Assembly: GCA_030765535.1 (NCBI GenBank) | Contig: JAVCCH010000098.1 | Location: 38,563 to 102,562 of the forward strand | Origin: Candidatus Tenebribacter davisii | GTDB taxonomy: Bacteria > Cloacimonadota > Cloacimonadia > Cloacimonadales > TCS61 | Direction: 5' to 3' | DNA length: 64,000 nt | In this document: one piece after another, positions 38,994-48,405 of the stretch | How positions within the stretch are numbered: position 1 is the first letter of the stretch | How the letters are laid out: each line of letters opens with the position of its first letter | The notes under the pieces: model-generated | Seen by the model: only the letters and a program-made list of their open reading frames with translations | What the model was told of the DNA's origin: nothing | Databases searched by the model: none | Program-made: the position numbers and the translations under genes

Positions 38994-39272
38994 ATGATTT
39001 TGAATGTAGATGTAAACAATGCCACTTACACAGCAATAACTCTTGATGCTGATTCTTATTGTTCCCATTTTTTGATTAAATCAAGAACGGGATCTAAATT
39101 CTTTCTAAAAGAAAAGGATGAGGAGAGTGCTCCTTATTTTACTATTGATGTTAACGATTGGTATTCCCAACCTAATACATCAAGAAAAGCAGGAGAAGAC
39201 ATTTTGTTATATGTATTAGGGTCTATATCAACCGATACAATAGAAGTGATTACGGTGTTGGCAAATAATTAG
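38994..39272 (+). CDS. Hypothetical protein (92 aa)
   Basis: RBS GGGGAG. Lies between two fibre-like genes. Confidence 0.35.
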   Translation: MILNVDVNNATYTAITLDADSYCSHFLIKSRTGSKFFLKEKDEESAPYFTIDVNDWYSQPNTSRKAGEDILLYVLGSISTDTIEVITVLANN

Positions 39273-39304
39273 AACTGTTTAAGTGGATTGGTAGGGAGCT
39301 ATAT

Positions 39305-42300
39305 ATGAAAAATTACAGGGGAGCTAATTTTCTTGGTCATGGACCAATGGATGGTCCTGCATTGAGATCCAGATTACGTAAGGATTACCAATTTCGCCTT
39401 AACGGGATAGAGGATATTGTGTCCCTAAACTCCCTGCTATGCTCATCAGCAGGGCCAGCTTACTACATTCACCCAACCACCGGCGAACTTGTAACAGTGC
39501 CAGCGGGGACACCATTGAATCACCCGGTGCTTGGTCTGACAGGCTTTGGGAACTATGAACAGCTTTGCCAGGATTCGGAAGACCCTGGGGGGTGGGTTTT
39601 ATTTAGTGGTGCTACTCGGTCTGCTACAGGTGAGACTTTCGGTCCTTTTGTAGAATACAATATTGTTGATGCTGGCGGACTAAACGATGGAACGTCACTG
39701 TGGATATCTACTGTATCCGGTGCAATAACAAGTAAACTTTATGGGGTTATTCGTTACCAAGCTGGGACGTCCAATTCAATCCGTATTAACTGCCGGAACG
39801 ATACAACAGCAGACGAATCCAGGTATTTTGGTGTTATAGGAGAACAAACCGTAACTCAGGAAAATGCTGGAAGTCTTGTTATTATATCAGACGAGTATGA
39901 TTCAAATTTGGGTTATTATACTGTTAAATTTTCTATAGATTTCACAACTAAAACAGATGACCAAAGAATAGTTTTTGGCCCAAACTCCACCGACAACTCA
40001 AACATAAAAGTCCTCGGAGCAGACGTAAGCGAGGACAGAACAATACTTGATTTCCATGTGCCGAGTGGGGTTGGTGATGGGGTTGAGTTGATCCAAAACG
40101 GATTTGACACTTGGACAGACACTAACGCAGATGGTCTTGCTGATGATTGGGCAAAGGGAGTTGCTGGTAACGTAGCGACAGTAGTGTCTGATGTAGATGG
40201 GATGTACCAAAAATTAACTAAAAATGGGGAATCGAATATCTTTCTCCTTTCAGATACAAATCTTTTGCTGGGCACTGAAAAATACGCAGTTACACTTATT
40301 TATAGAGCAGATGGGGCTATAACAGACGGCACTTCTGGGTATGTTTATCCAACAATAGCAGCAGCAGCAATCCCAACATCAATCTCGTTTAAGATTACAA
40401 TATCAGGTGGAGATAGGACATTAAACTTTGTCAGTGCTGGTTCTTATATAGATATTTTCAGCGTGTCTGTCGAGAAGATAACAACAGGCAACATCTCCAT
40501 AGGCTCCAGAGCAGGGACGATAACTGCGAGCGAGGGGAAAGCTGATGGTACGATTGCGCTGGATGATGATTTTAGCACTGATACGAGTGGGGATTACTCT
40601 GAAAATGACACAGCAGTAGCGTATAATTCTGGATCTGATTTTTTAACTGTTACTTTTACTACAAGTACAGATAACAACCGTGGATTGATAAAAGACACCA
40701 CACTGACAATAGGGAAAAGATATAAAGCAACTTTTAAAGCAAAAGGGACAAGGCTTCAAGCTTTTACAGGGATTGGGCAGACAGGGGTTTTAGAATATAC
40801 TGTAAATCCTGTTCTGACTTCAAGTTGGCAAAACTATTCTGGCAGATTTACTGCTGTGGATGTTAAATTTAAAGTGTATCAAGCGTTGGGCGGTATTAGC
40901 GAATACGTAGATTTTGACGATATAAAAGTCCAAGAAATCCCTAACACCACCCTCCCCACAGCCTACCCGAAGCTTTACGATGCGCTTGGTGGTGTGGCTG
41001 ACGGGGTAGAACTATTAACTGACGCTAACGCAACAAGTGACCCAAACGGGAACGAAGCAAATGCAACCACAGGATTCACAAATGCTGGGGTTAATTTATT
41101 TGAGAGTCAGAGTTCTGTAGTGAATACAGGAACCTATGCACTTCAAATTAACTCAAATGGATCTCCATCTGCTGATGCAAGAGTATATAAGGATATATCC
41201 TCACTATGCACAAATGGGGTACGGTATAGACTCACATTCCCTTGGCGTCATGTTGGTACTGGTGGTAGTTGGAATTGTAAAATGTCGTCAACTACAACAG
41301 GATTAACCAATTCAGTTGGGAGTATAGCAAACACCGCAACGGCTTTCACTGAAATAACTTATGATTTTATATATGATGCAACATTCAAATATTTAATCTT
41401 TAGAGAACGGAACGCTGATAACGATGGTGGAATATATCTCGATAATTTAAGTCTTAAACAAATCTCCCCAGCATCTGCCACCCATTCCTTCGACTGGACA
41501 CCTGGGGTTGATTACTCAGCAACCAGTGGAATAGGGAATCTACTGAATTGTGCTACCGGAGATGGGTTTTTCCAGCATGACGATGATGGCACTGTGATCC
41601 TGGATGATGGGACGACTGAGGTAACTGAAGACCCTGCCTTTGTTGCTGGAGTACCTTATCCAATTGCCCTCGTCACAGGGGTTAAGGATGATGATACTCT
41701 GAGTGCTGAGAAGGTTGTGAATGGGGATATGGAATCTGGCGTAACTAATTGGACAGCGGATAATGCAACAGTAACATCCGAAACAACAATTGTATATGCT
41801 GGCTCAAAATCATTGAAAGTAGTTGATGATGGGTCTGGGGCGAAAGCTTATCAGGCCATTACTACTATCATAGGTAAAACCTATCTGATTGAGGGTTGCG
41901 TTTATGGGGCAAGCGCAAACGCAGGGTCATTTTTGTCAAGGATAGGAGCCGCAAATGACTTTAGTGATGGTTCATCGGATTGGCTGACAAAGAATGGTAC
42001 AACTGAGGGCATTACTAATGATGATGCTTGGCATACAAATACAGACTCTTTTGTAGCAGAAGCGACTACAACATATATCATACTGGTCACACAGAATACA
42101 ACGGGTGACACTAACTATTTTGACGCCATATCAATTAAAGCAACCAACCAACCCAAGATGCAACTCCAAGTAAAAGTCTCAGGAACCTGGCAGCACAGCC
42201 CAGTGACGGATTTCGACGGATCGTTTGATCCTGGGGATGCACTGACTTATTTTCTCGGGAACGATTATCAGAACTCGATTGCAGATCACAAGATAACAAC

Positions 42301-42334
42301 GCTTAAACAAAGCGACTGGAAGGTGGCAACGTGA
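39305..42334 (+). CDS. Receptor-binding / tail fibre protein with repeated carbohydrate-binding-module-like (CBM4_9 / galactose-binding-like) domains (1009 aa)
   Basis: Repeated pattern ...NG.FE/ME.G...W.........G..SLK...... (for example ELIQNGFDTWTDTNADGLADDW and VVNGDMESGVTNWTADNATVTSETTIVYAGSKSLKV). Confidence 0.45.
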   Translation: MKNYRGANFLGHGPMDGPALRSRLRKDYQFRLNGIEDIVSLNSLLCSSAGPAYYIHPTTGELVTVPAGTPLNHPVLGLTGFGNYEQLCQDSEDPGGWVLFSGATRSATGETFGPFVEYNIVDAGGLNDGTSLWISTVSGAITSKLYGVIRYQAGTSNSIRINCRNDTTADESRYFGVIGEQTVTQENAGSLVIISDEYDSNLGYYTVKFSIDFTTKTDDQRIVFGPNSTDNSNIKVLGADVSEDRTILDFHVPSGVGDGVELIQNGFDTWTDTNADGLADDWAKGVAGNVATVVSDVDGMYQKLTKNGESNIFLLSDTNLLLGTEKYAVTLIYRADGAITDGTSGYVYPTIAAAAIPTSISFKITISGGDRTLNFVSAGSYIDIFSVSVEKITTGNISIGSRAGTITASEGKADGTIALDDDFSTDTSGDYSENDTAVAYNSGSDFLTVTFTTSTDNNRGLIKDTTLTIGKRYKATFKAKGTRLQAFTGIGQTGVLEYTVNPVLTSSWQNYSGRFTAVDVKFKVYQALGGISEYVDFDDIKVQEIPNTTLPTAYPKLYDALGGVADGVELLTDANATSDPNGNEANATTGFTNAGVNLFESQSSVVNTGTYALQINSNGSPSADARVYKDISSLCTNGVRYRLTFPWRHVGTGGSWNCKMSSTTTGLTNSVGSIANTATAFTEITYDFIYDATFKYLIFRERNADNDGGIYLDNLSLKQISPASATHSFDWTPGVDYSATSGIGNLLNCATGDGFFQHDDDGTVILDDGTTEVTEDPAFVAGVPYPIALVTGVKDDDTLSAEKVVNGDMESGVTNWTADNATVTSETTIVYAGSKSLKVVDDGSGAKAYQAITTIIGKTYLIEGCVYGASANAGSFLSRIGAANDFSDGSSDWLTKNGTTEGITNDDAWHTNTDSFVAEATTTYIILVTQNTTGDTNYFDAISIKATNQPKMQLQVKVSGTWQHSPVTDFDGSFDPGDALTYFLGNDYQNSIADHKITTLKQSDWKVAT

Positions 42335-42804
42335 TGCTTTTTATAGTAGTACCAGAAGCAAACGCAGGTCCGTGGAAGTGTGATATTGTTATGAAAAACG
42401 ATGTCGCAATATTCGAAAAGATTCCTGTTAATGCTCAGAGGTTTAAAATTCACGAAGGAGAAGCCTTCCTTTCAATGATTCCCGGCAGAGTCCAAGAGAT
42501 TGTTGCAGTGATTCAGGAACTCACAGGTCTTGAAGACCCAATGTCAGATGAGAATATTGAGTTCACTAACACAGCATTACAGACTTACCTCCAGGGCAAA
42601 GTGTTTGGGTCTAAAGAACAGTTGTTCAAGGCGTATCCTGATCTTGACGGGCTTATCCAATCAGGAACGATAGAGGAACATTATGAATCTGTGCAAGTTG
42701 GGGGATCAGATGATGAGCCTATATACGAGGAAGTGTTTGTTCCAGAAGCACTGAGGATGGTTCCTATAACTCAATTCGGGAATTGGGCAACATGTTCTGG
42801 TTAG
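42331..42804 (+). CDS. Hypothetical protein (157 aa), possible fibre assembly/chaperone
   Basis: Start overlaps the fibre gene stop (coupled). Confidence 0.35.
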   Translation: MMLFIVVPEANAGPWKCDIVMKNDVAIFEKIPVNAQRFKIHEGEAFLSMIPGRVQEIVAVIQELTGLEDPMSDENIEFTNTALQTYLQGKVFGSKEQLFKAYPDLDGLIQSGTIEEHYESVQVGGSDDEPIYEEVFVPEALRMVPITQFGNWATCSG

Positions 42805-42964
42805 CAAAAAGAGCAATACCGTTCATGACTGGGTTTGCAGTCGGTTTGCTGGTTGCTTTGTACCTGACTTGGGAATCAGGCGTTTGGGGTTAATATTGTT
42901 AGAAAACATATAGGATACACGAATTAATTATAGAGGGAATCATCCCTAAACAAGAAGGAGAGAA

Positions 42965-43360
42965 GTGATGAAATTGATGAAATTGATGAAATCGTTTAAG
43001 TTACATCCAGTTCAGTTAATTATGGTGATGTGTTTATTTTTAATGTCCTGTGCTGTTGGTGGTATGACTACTCAAAAGCAATTAATTGTTGCTTATGGGA
43101 CATACAATTCTCAGTTTGCTTCTTACATGACTGAAACAGGGTATGTTGTGGATTTGCAGGGGGAGTGGGCAAAAGTATCTAACCCTGCTTTGTCGGAAGA
43201 TCAAAAGAAAATTCTTAGAAAGAAATATGTAATTCTGGAAAAGATGTATCCGTTGTTGAAAATATATGACAGTATGGTGTTGGGGTCTATCCCATACTCT
43301 GCGGATATTGAGCAGCAATTGATTGATCTGGTGGGCGATCTCGATAAGCTCATTGAATGA
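42965..43360 (+). CDS. Lipoprotein (131 aa)
   Basis: Signal peptide with LFLMSCAV lipobox-like cysteine. RBS GAAGGAGAGAAGTG. Last gene of the + strand block. Confidence 0.45.
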   Translation: MMKLMKLMKSFKLHPVQLIMVMCLFLMSCAVGGMTTQKQLIVAYGTYNSQFASYMTETGYVVDLQGEWAKVSNPALSEDQKKILRKKYVILEKMYPLLKIYDSMVLGSIPYSADIEQQLIDLVGDLDKLIE

Positions 43361-43422
43361 TTAGGTGATACTTTGATTCTGTCTGTAGCAATGCTATAAC
43401 CATCAATAACAAAGGATATAAT

Positions 43423-43581
43423 ATGTCACCCGCAATAATAGAAGCTTTAAAATTGGCAATGGGACTTTACTTTTCAATTGCAAAAATGAATAATGCAACT
43501 GAACAAGAATTGAATAAAATTTATCAAAGTGAAAAGTCTAAGTTTTTGAAAAATTTACCGTCAAAGTTAGAACAAGTTTAA
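43423..43581 (+). CDS. Small protein (52 aa)
   Basis: RBS AAAGGAtataatATG. Ends just before the terminator hairpin. Confidence 0.3.
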   Translation: MSPAIIEALKLAMGLYFSIAKMNNATEQELNKIYQSEKSKFLKNLPSKLEQV

Positions 43582-43625
43582 GCACTATTTAAGAGCTATT
43601 TAAACAGAACTGATAGCAATAGGTA

Positions 43626-43681
43626 AAAGCACGTTCAAACTCGCTAAAACGCAAGGAGAATGAACGTGCTTTAAATTTTTT
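43626..43681 (+). terminator. Rho-independent terminator at the convergence of the + and - transcription units
   Basis: 12-bp stem aaagcacgttca / tgaacgtgcttt, 23-nt loop, followed by attttttt. The reverse strand has UUUU after the stem, so it is weakly bidirectional. Confidence 0.6.
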
Positions 43682-43700
43682 AAGTGTTTGTAAAACTATA

Positions 43701-44579
43701 TCATATCATATCATCCTGCGCTCCCCCTGAATCCTGGGCATCCTCAAACAACATCTGCCTACTACTTTTTCCGATCATTTCATTTTTAAATTCTTCTGCG
43801 GAACGACCACGAATGGTTTCTGCAATTTCCCAAACATAGTTATACAGGTGGAGTCCTTTAGATGTTGCAATGATTTCTCCATTTTCCACACCAATCTGTT
43901 CAGCACAGTACTGTTTCATCAACTCAATTGCACCAAGATTGGCAGGAAGACCACCCCAAAGATCCCAGGAACGGAAATAAGGATAAAAGTGAAGTTTTCC
44001 ATCTTGAATTCTGGTATCAATATGACGTAAGCATGGGGGATCTTTCAGAAGCATGTCAGAAGGTTGTCCCACCTGCATAATCATCTGATTGTCCCTGAAT
44101 CCTTTATTTTTATAAGTCCAGATCATTAATTCCATTTGGTTGACTTCAAACCCGTAATTTACACCTTTTATAATTTTTTTATCATGCAGTGCGTTTAAAT
44201 CATCAATCAAAATATTGTTAATTTTGGCTAATTTAGTAGTTAAAATGTCCATCATAAATGCTTTGCATATTCTACTTCCATAGGTATAACTTTCACCTTT
44301 AGCTTCTTCACCGGTCATAAGATATGGGAGATAATCATCCATATAATCCTGAGCAACAGGATCATCCAACCCTAAAGCTGGATTCAATTTAGGCAGAAGT
44401 TCTCCAACCCCTGGACATTTTGCATGAAGAATCACATAATCCATTTCTTTTCTTTTCTGTCCTGCAAATGATCCTGTATCAACTGTAAAATCTCTCCCTA
44501 ACTCAATTGCTTTGTAAAGAGTTTGGAACCATAAGTCAGGTAAATTAGTAGCTTCTACATGAATAATATTTTGTGTCAT
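43701..44579 (-). CDS. Thymidylate synthase (ThyA) superfamily enzyme, divergent: thymidylate synthase or dUMP hydroxymethylase
   Basis: DPPCLRHIDTRIQDGKLHFYPYFRSWDLWGGLPANLGAIELM...GLHLY aligns with E. coli ThyA [41 protein letters not shown]...DTHLY. The catalytic Cys, the Arg of (Y)xRS and the substrate-selecting Asn are kept. The His after the Cys is replaced by Leu. Confidence 0.6.
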   Translation of the reverse strand: MTQNIIHVEATNLPDLWFQTLYKAIELGRDFTVDTGSFAGQKRKEMDYVILHAKCPGVGELLPKLNPALGLDDPVAQDYMDDYLPYLMTGEEAKGESYTYGSRICKAFMMDILTTKLAKINNILIDDLNALHDKKIIKGVNYGFEVNQMELMIWTYKNKGFRDNQMIMQVGQPSDMLLKDPPCLRHIDTRIQDGKLHFYPYFRSWDLWGGLPANLGAIELMKQYCAEQIGVENGEIIATSKGLHLYNYVWEIAETIRGRSAEEFKNEMIGKSSRQMLFEDAQDSGGAQDDMI

Positions 44580-44580
44580 T

Positions 44581-44874
44581 TTATTTAATTCTCCCTATTA
44601 TCAATTGTAAATCTTGCACATCAACACGCTGAACTCTATGATCTACCTCTGGATGCGGTCCCCACATTAACATAACCCAAGTTTCTGTTATTGCTGTGGC
44701 TGTTAACATATTCTCAGAGGAATCATCATTAATCACATAAGGATTTCCACGTGCAAATGTAAGTGTTGCGTTATCATACTGCCATACAAGACCAGTGTAA
44801 AAATAATGGTTGTCTGGATCTCGATAAATATGCATAATTTTGTTTTTTGAAAGTATTACTGTTTCGATATTCAT
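44581..44874 (-). CDS. Small protein, member 1 of a three-gene paralogous array (97 aa)
   Basis: Shares the pattern hhIYxDPDxxYxxxhV...GxPhVIDxxP with the ORFs at 45037..45309 and 45309..45608. Confidence 0.4.
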   Translation of the reverse strand: MNIETVILSKNKIMHIYRDPDNHYFYTGLVWQYDNATLTFARGNPYVINDDSSENMLTATAITETWVMLMWGPHPEVDHRVQRVDVQDLQLIIGRIK

Positions 44875-45036
44875 AATTACCTCCTGTTGTTAATGGTAGT
44901 AGCTACCCATAATCCTAAACAAAATCCTAATGAAATACAGGATGCCCACGAGATAGTATTATTTTGTAGCGCAAATGGAATTTGAATCACCACTATTATA
45001 AAATAAATTAAATGGCACATAATATTAGTTTGCTCC

Positions 45037-45309
45037 CTATATAATTTCTTTTATTTTTAAATCCAACCCATGTATGTTTACAACTACCCCTTTGCCAGAT
45101 TCAAAGAAGATTATGATATCTTCTTGTGATAGTTTAGTTACACTACTGATCACTAAATTAGGTTCTGTGTCCAGCACTAAAGGCTTGCCAGCGGTTAGTT
45201 CCACACCATCAATATATGTGACAATGACTGTGTTATATCCGGTATCAGGATCAGGATATACAAGCAATGCACGATCTTCTGATATGACCATTAATCGGCG
45301 AGTATCCAT
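45037..45309 (-). CDS. Small protein, paralog 2 (90 aa)
   Basis: LLVYPDPDTGYNTVIVTYIDGVELTAGKPLVLDTEP. Confidence 0.4.
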   Translation of the reverse strand: MDTRRLMVISEDRALLVYPDPDTGYNTVIVTYIDGVELTAGKPLVLDTEPNLVISSVTKLSQEDIIIFFESGKGVVVNIHGLDLKIKEII

Positions 45310-45608
45310 TATTGACCCTCAAAAGGTTTATGAGTACGCACTGTTATACAAATATCCACTATATGCAAACGAGTTGTGTGTGTTATTTTTTCAGATGATT
45401 TTCCGTAGTGTAGTGTAACATAGTCGCTATTATCATTGGTTGCAAATTGTATAATTGATTTTGGGCATACATCAATTATTACAGGAGTTCCTGGTCTTAT
45501 AAATAGATCTTTATTTAAAATAACTGCCATATTGTAGTTATGATTTTTAGAGTCTTTATATATTTTTAACTGCCTGTTCAATGATAAATCAATTATTATT
45601 GTTTTCAT
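45309..45608 (-). CDS. Small protein, paralog 3 (99 aa)
   Basis: LKIYKDSKNHNYNMAVILNKDLFIRPGTPVIIDVCP. Start overlaps the previous stop. Confidence 0.4.
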   Translation of the reverse strand: MKTIIIDLSLNRQLKIYKDSKNHNYNMAVILNKDLFIRPGTPVIIDVCPKSIIQFATNDNSDYVTLHYGKSSEKITHTTRLHIVDICITVRTHKPFEGQ

Positions 45609-46020
45609 AGGGATTCTCCGTTAAATATTTCTTATGAGCTTCAATTTGTTCTTTCATTACTTCGTTGTTCCACCCATCTGGCTTATGATTCTTGTCACGA
45701 TCATCCAATTCAGGATGGTTATCGTATGTATCAAGCATACAAAGAATAGAAAACAATGCGCCAGCTAAATGGTGTTTAATGATTCCCAATTCTTGTGCTG
45801 AATGATCATAATTTTCACCATCCCTGTAAGCTATTAAATGCCGCATAGCACCAGAAAACATAGAGGTAGTAGCGAACCCTAATTCCCAGGATCTTTTATA
45901 ATATTTGATTAAACCTTCCTCATATGCTGGAGGTAAATGTTTTGCTATCAATCCCCAAGGAATTAAATCCATATCAGGCTTGTTTTCATTGATTGTATTT
46001 TTTGGGGCTTTGCTTTTCAT
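45589..46020 (-). CDS. Hypothetical protein (143 aa)
   Basis: Sits next to the ThyA-like gene in a possible nucleotide-metabolism cluster. No motif assignable by eye. Confidence 0.35.
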   Translation of the reverse strand: MKSKAPKNTINENKPDMDLIPWGLIAKHLPPAYEEGLIKYYKRSWELGFATTSMFSGAMRHLIAYRDGENYDHSAQELGIIKHHLAGALFSILCMLDTYDNHPELDDRDKNHKPDGWNNEVMKEQIEAHKKYLTENPYENNNN

Positions 46021-46021
46021 T

Positions 46022-46492
46022 TTAAACTTTCTCCTCTTCTCTCAATCCAGCCTCTTTTACAAGTGCTACTACTTTTTTTGCTCTGGCATCACGATCAAAC
46101 TTGGTGAAAACTGCATGAGGTTCAAGAAGTTTATCATCCTTATCAGTGAAAACATAAATCCCATCTTTGATTTTGTCTGTATCATTTAGCTTTCGCTTGT
46201 ATTTGAGGATAATCTTTTTTAGACTTACTGACTGAATAGCAAAAACGTGTTTTTTAAGTACCACGAACTCATGTGTTTTGTCGAACTTAGGGAGTCCACT
46301 AAGTTTTATATTAACATCTTGTGGATTTTTATTCTTCTTGATTTCTTTTTCAATTAGTTCTTCCAACTCAGGCGAAACTGAATCATCATCAGGATTGAAA
46401 TATTCACAATCAATTCCACAACCATCAACTTCATTGAAATTAATACAAGAAACATCAGTAACAGGTACAAGTTTACAAGGTTGTTCAGTCAT
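46022..46492 (-). CDS. Hypothetical Cys-containing acidic protein (156 aa)
   Basis: N-terminal Cys cluster CKLVPVTDVSCINFNEVDGCGIDCEYF. Confidence 0.35.
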   Translation of the reverse strand: MTEQPCKLVPVTDVSCINFNEVDGCGIDCEYFNPDDDSVSPELEELIEKEIKKNKNPQDVNIKLSGLPKFDKTHEFVVLKKHVFAIQSVSLKKIILKYKRKLNDTDKIKDGIYVFTDKDDKLLEPHAVFTKFDRDARAKKVVALVKEAGLREEEKV

Positions 46493-46577
46493 TTTAATCT
46501 CCTTTTAAATAATTGTTTTATTTTATTCCATATAATTATCAAAACTATCAGTGGGTATATCTGAAACCTATTGAACT

Positions 46578-46889
46578 TCATAGGATTCTTTTCATCCTTG
46601 CAATCTGTCTGCGAAAGGTATCAATATTCTTAAACCTTTCTTTTGGATCTTTAGCGGCAGACAGGCATAAAACAATAAGTTTATTGAAAGAGGCAGTTTC
46701 TTCGCTTAATCCAAAATGAGTTTGAATAACTTCGTCATGGTCATCTGATAATCTTTGTAATTTAGTAAGGTTTCTTTTGTATGGTCCACCGAGTCCGAAC
46801 TTATAAAACTTCCAGTCATCAGTACCAAAAAGAATAACCTGTTCCTCAAATACTTCTTCCAGCATTTTTAATGAATGTTCAATTGGCAT
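46578..46889 (-). CDS. Hypothetical protein (103 aa)
   Basis: ORF with coupled overlap to the upstream gene. Confidence 0.35.
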   Translation of the reverse strand: MPIEHSLKMLEEVFEEQVILFGTDDWKFYKFGLGGPYKRNLTKLQRLSDDHDEVIQTHFGLSEETASFNKLIVLCLSAAKDPKERFKNIDTFRRQIARMKRIL

Positions 46890-47496
46890 TTTCTATCTCC
46901 TTTTGCGTAACATGCGATATATAATTTTCCTTAACTACTGTAAAAAGTCTATCTGCTGATTCTGCCAGTGCTTTTTGGTGAGTTACTATAATGAATTGAA
47001 GTCCTCCTTCCATTCTACTGAGTTCTCTAATCATCATACTTGCCAATGGTTGTTTGTCTACAGAAAGATTACGTGTCGGCTCATCCAACGCAAGCACATT
47101 CCTTGCTTCACCGTCAAGTTTCCAGTAAGCAACACGTAAAGCAAGAGAAGCAATATCAGCGGCACCATAACCACACGAATCAAGAGGTTTCTTTCGTTTT
47201 CCATTTTGCTCAAACCACAAATCGGCTTCAGTTGTATTTCTTCGTTCAACAAACTCAACCACGAAGGAATAAGGAAACCCTACAGCAGATAAAGCACTTG
47301 TAACGATACCAGATATCTGTTCTGATAATTGTGTTTGTGTGACCTGGGAAGCCTTTTGAAAAATAGCTCTTGCCTCATTCAGGTTTTCCATATGAATTAA
47401 ATTTTTTTCTAATTTGGCTATAGTAATTTCCAGAATTTTTTCTGAAGTCCTACGATCTTGGAGTTTATCTTTTAGGTTTTCTAATAATTTATTCAT
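46879..47496 (-). CDS. SbcC/Rad50-like ATPase, C-terminal half (coiled coil, signature motif, Walker B/D-loop, H-loop)
   Basis: DSCGYGAADIASLALRVA is a signature-motif region. NVLALDEPTRNLS is Walker B/D-loop. FIIVTHQ is the H-loop. The N-terminal 60 aa are coiled-coil. Confidence 0.6.
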   Translation of the reverse strand: MNKLLENLKDKLQDRRTSEKILEITIAKLEKNLIHMENLNEARAIFQKASQVTQTQLSEQISGIVTSALSAVGFPYSFVVEFVERRNTTEADLWFEQNGKRKKPLDSCGYGAADIASLALRVAYWKLDGEARNVLALDEPTRNLSVDKQPLASMMIRELSRMEGGLQFIIVTHQKALAESADRLFTVVKENYISHVTQKEIENAN

Positions 47497-47522
47497 GTTG
47501 CCTTTGTAAACATTATATATTA

Positions 47523-47804
47523 TTAAGATTCTTTATTATCGCAGTACATACTATGCAACTTTTCGTCGTTGCTGGTTCTTATCTTACCTATAATTTCCGC
47601 ACCTGGATCTGATTTACTCACCTTCACGCATTCTTTAACCAGCATGGATTGCATCAGCTCTATGTTCTCTTGTCGCCGTTTCTCAACTTCTTTTCTGAGT
47701 CGGGTATTGAAAAAACTCAATATTAATGCAGAAAAAAGCACTACCACAAAAGTACTCAATACCATCATTGTTGGGCCTGAGATGTTTATCATTATTGTTT
47801 TCAT
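47523..47804 (-). CDS. Small membrane protein (93 aa)
   Basis: TM segment MMVLSTFVVVLFSALILSFF. Confidence 0.3.
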   Translation of the reverse strand: MKTIMINISGPTMMVLSTFVVVLFSALILSFFNTRLRKEVEKRRQENIELMQSMLVKECVKVSKSDPGAEIIGKIRTSNDEKLHSMYCDNKES

Positions 47805-47839
47805 TTTATTCTCCTTGTAAACTTAATACCTTGATAAGT

Positions 47840-48070
47840 TTAATTCAGTAAATGGCCAAACTGCTCCTTGAATTTATCTTCACCTTTTTGATAATGAACA
47901 TTCATTTTTTGCACTTCATCTTTAAGTTCAGTGGATATTTTTACTGCTTGAACTATATTTTCATAGCCGAGATCATTGAGACTTTGCATCAACATCTCAC
48001 GCTGACCTAATAATTTATTTCGTTCCTTATCCTTAGACTCTACTTTTTTGATCGCTTGTATTAGATCCAT
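47840..48070 (-). CDS. Small coiled-coil protein (76 aa)
   Basis: Heptad-like charged sequence. Confidence 0.3.
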   Translation of the reverse strand: MDLIQAIKKVESKDKERNKLLGQREMLMQSLNDLGYENIVQAVKISTELKDEVQKMNVHYQKGEDKFKEQFGHLLN

Positions 48071-48316
48071 TTACTTTTCCTCTAATATTTTTTCAATTCG
48101 GGCAACACCATCTTCTATACCTTCCCCAGGCATTAATTGGGCAACAGCCCATATTTCATGTGCCTTTGAAACATTTGCTTTTGCCTCTTCCTCCCTATCC
48201 CACTGCTCCTGTCTTGTGGGGGAAACACCATTTTTCTTAGCTCTTGCCATAAAATCACTCCAGGATTCATTCTTCTTCAATTGTAATCTCCTTTGGACCA
48301 GTTTTATATATTTCAA
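48071..48316 (-). CDS. Hypothetical protein (81 aa)
   Basis: Abuts the previous ORF. Confidence 0.3.
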   Translation of the reverse strand: MKYIKLVQRRLQLKKNESWSDFMARAKKNGVSPTRQEQWDREEEAKANVSKAHEIWAVAQLMPGEGIEDGVARIEKILEEK

Positions 48317-48405
48317 TATGATCCAGTTTGTCTTGCGTTACGAGATCGTTGCCATTTTTTTCAGCCCTATTCACAAACTGAGTCCATGTTTCATTTAATA
48401 GCAAT

